Sequence record: OU343168.1
DNA length: 64,000 bases
Strand: one strand, 5' to 3'
The notes under the pieces are model-generated. The model saw only the letters and a program-made list of their open reading frames with translations, was not told the origin of the DNA and ran no database searches. The position numbers were made by a program, and so were the translations under genes. This document shows, piece after piece, positions 62,084 to 64,000 of this stretch (positions are counted from its first letter, which is position 1; every line of letters begins with the position of its first letter).

Positions 62084-64000
62084 TCAATTCAAACGGACGG
62101 TTTTATCGGTTCCCTGATTCACCTGTTTGTCTTGCATCTCCGCCATCCGACCCAGTACCTTGTAGATCTCAGCCAGAATACTGTTCGTATCCGAACTGTT
62201 ATCACCCAGTTTACCCAACGAGGCCTTAAGCTCAGCCACCAACGCAGAGTCATCGCTACGTGCGGTCGTGAGCGCCTCGGTACCCCGAGGGGACTGAGGA
62301 ACAGGTTCAAATGGTGCAGACGGAACCGGTTGAGGTGCAGAGGGCGGTGGAGAACCCTCATTAGACCTCGGAGTCGAGATCGGAACATCCGTAGCCGGGT
62401 TACCAAAGGTGGGAGTAGGTGTAGGTGGAACGTTCCGTTGCATCGGTCCTACCACACCACCGCCCAGTCCGGTGGTATCCTGCCCGTTCGCGGACTGTCC
62501 GCCTCGTACAGCGTTAAGGAACTTGTTCGCTGCTTCAGGGGACTTAAAGGCCGCGTGGATATGCCCGCCCGTACCGAGTGCCGTTCGACTGCGGTATTCA
62601 TTGATGACTTGGAATTCCTGAGGGCTTAATCCTGCCCGACGAAGAATATCCGTTACAATGGCAACCGCTTGGTCACTTCCTTGTGCGCCATTCACCAGGG
62701 TGAAGTCTAAGGCCAGGCCTTTAGGATGAGCGCCTTTAGACCCCTTATTGACGTGGTAGGCGTCATTCAGTGCAGAGAAGTACCGGAAACCCGGAACTGT
62801 CTGTTGAATGATTTTACCCAGTTCTTCCACAGCAGGGTGGTGTTCACCCCCCGCAATGGCTTCAGGGGATTTCAGGCGCAATCCACTGCTACCCGGTGTA
62901 TTGGTGTTAACGATCATCCCACCGTTATCACCTGACCCGTATTGTCCCCCTCCGCCTCCCATGGTTCCATTCAGGGACGGCAGACTACCACCCACAACGC
63001 CCGGAGCCGGTCTACTGACTTGAGGACGCTGGGGTTCGCTGGGGGCTTCTTGACCGTACAGGTCGGACCCGGTTTGGCTCCCTAACCCACTCCCAGCCGT
63101 TTTATCAGCTGTGGTCAGTTCACCACTTTGTAGTTTCTTCAGGTAATTCAGATAGAGCGCATAGCGCTGAGGCATTTCAGGTAACGGATTACCCCCATTC
63201 AGCCCTGTGGCTGCTCTACCGAAGTCACCGGTTTGGCTAATACTCCTCAAGAGCTTAGAGTTCCTGAAGAAGTTCACCGCAATGGCTGCCATGACATTCG
63301 GATCGTTACTGGCCAGCTCTGGTCTGTTCTCCAGATCAATACCCAGCTCTTGCCCAACCCTCCGGTAATTAGCCCGACCCGTCAGCTGAATAAACCCACG
63401 CCCTCGGTAACGGTACCCATCACCGGCTTCCCTGTTCCCTAAGGAGGCGCCTTTACCCCCACCGTACACGGTATTGGCGATGGCCACTTCGCCGGCTTGT
63501 ACGAGGGCTCTCGCCTGTTCCATGCTCTTCACTTCCCTGAAGAGTTGAACCAAGCGTTCCGGACTGCTGTACTTCATGTTCTCAGTGGTCCGGGAATAGC
63601 CTGAAGACTCGTAGTTGGTAAGGGCGAGCATTTCAGCGATTTCACGGGGATCCGTAAAGCCTTGTTTCAGCATCTCACGGATGATCAACTGCTCCGCCAA
63701 CGGCTTAGGAACACTCACCCCTCGATCCGTTCCTTGGTTCGTACGCACACCGGTCATATCCAGATGACTGGTGTCCGAATCACCCGTAATAGGCGTGAAG
63801 CCAAAGGCATTCTCAGGGGTTCTGAACCGACCGTCGCTGCTGTACGTATTCCCAGCGTCTCCGCCAAAGGTACCGTACATCCCTCCTAGAGCAGAATCTC
63901 TCCGAGACCGGAACTGTTCCGGGGTAGAAACATTCGCCTGTTGGTCGGTGAACCCACCCCCTACCCGGTGAGGACTGATCTTCTCAGCCCAGGTTTGGGC
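62084..64000 (-). CDS. C-terminal part of tape-measure/structural lysin: GH19 domain plus M15-like peptidase; 5'-truncated by the window
   Basis: Frame is open to base 64000. YES..G, YRYRGRGFIQLTGRANY, LNGG (GH19); HPKGLALD and HIH (M15 H-x6-D...H). Confidence 0.85.
   Translation of the reverse strand, partial: AQTWAEKISPHRVGGGFTDQQANVSTPEQFRSRRDSALGGMYGTFGGDAGNTYSSDGRFRTPENAFGFTPITGDSDTSHLDMTGVRTNQGTDRGVSVPKPLAEQLIIREMLKQGFTDPREIAEMLALTNYESSGYSRTTENMKYSSPERLVQLFREVKSMEQARALVQAGEVAIANTVYGGGKGASLGNREAGDGYRYRGRGFIQLTGRANYRRVGQELGIDLENRPELASNDPNVMAAIAVNFFRNSKLLRSISQTGDFGRAATGLNGGNPLPEMPQRYALYLNYLKKLQSGELTTADKTAGSGLGSQTGSDLYGQEAPSEPQRPQVSRPAPGVVGGSLPSLNGTMGGGGGQYGSGDNGGMIVNTNTPGSSGLRLKSPEAIAGGEHHPAVEELGKIIQQTVPGFRYFSALNDAYHVNKGSKGAHPKGLALDFTLVNGAQGSDQAVAIVTDILRRAGLSPQEFQVINEYRSRTALGTGGHIHAAFKSPEAANKFLNAVRGGQSANGQDTTGLGGGVVGPMQRNVPPTPTPTFGNPATDVPISTPRSNEGSPPPSAPQPVPSAPFEPVPQSPRGTEALTTARSDDSALVAELKASLGKLGDNSSDTNSILAEIYKVLGRMAEMQDKQVNQGTDKTVRLN

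Noticed and set aside
1-64000. tRNA, rRNA or CRISPR arrays
   Set aside because: No cloverleaf, T-loop/CCA pattern or regularly spaced direct repeats seen; intergenic gaps are short and filled by hairpins and promoters. A tRNAscan/Infernal run would be needed to exclude them fully.

Overview
A 64-kb segment of a phiKZ-related jumbo myophage, most likely a close relative of Pseudomonas phage EL (Elvirus). The basis is a 558-aa stand-alone GroEL that matches my recollection of EL gp146 almost residue for residue, an NAD-dependent ligase, a split RNAP beta fragment, UvsX, an SbcC ATPase, an intein-containing SNF2 helicase and phiKZ-type virion genes. Layout: tail/baseplate genes (1-5.8 kb); SbcC, ligase, RNase H and nucleotide-processing genes (5.8-15.4 kb); early accessory ORFs with groEL (15.6-31.1 kb); a minus-strand receptor-binding cassette with two Kelch proteins, a DUF4376-like chaperone, a collagen fibre and an SGNH esterase spike (31.2-39.6 kb); a small early island with an AmrZ/Arc-like regulator (39.8-42.1 kb); head paralogues and the helicase (42.2-46.8 kb); core virion, RecA and RNAP genes (48-62 kb); and the 3' end of a tape-measure/lysin with GH19 and M15-like domains. 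Ten copies of an early-promoter motif (CTAYATHAY-N5-TG) and about 25 GC-rich hairpins are visible. I found no tRNA, rRNA or CRISPR array. Strongest leads: (1) an early three-gene unit with an intact and a catalytically degenerate Pol-beta-type nucleotidyltransferase; (2) an Acb1-like anti-CBASS 2H phosphoesterase next to a DHH phosphoesterase fusion; (3) a phage AmrZ mimic behind a duplicated palindromic promoter/operator. All homology calls come from motif recognition and memory, not database searches.
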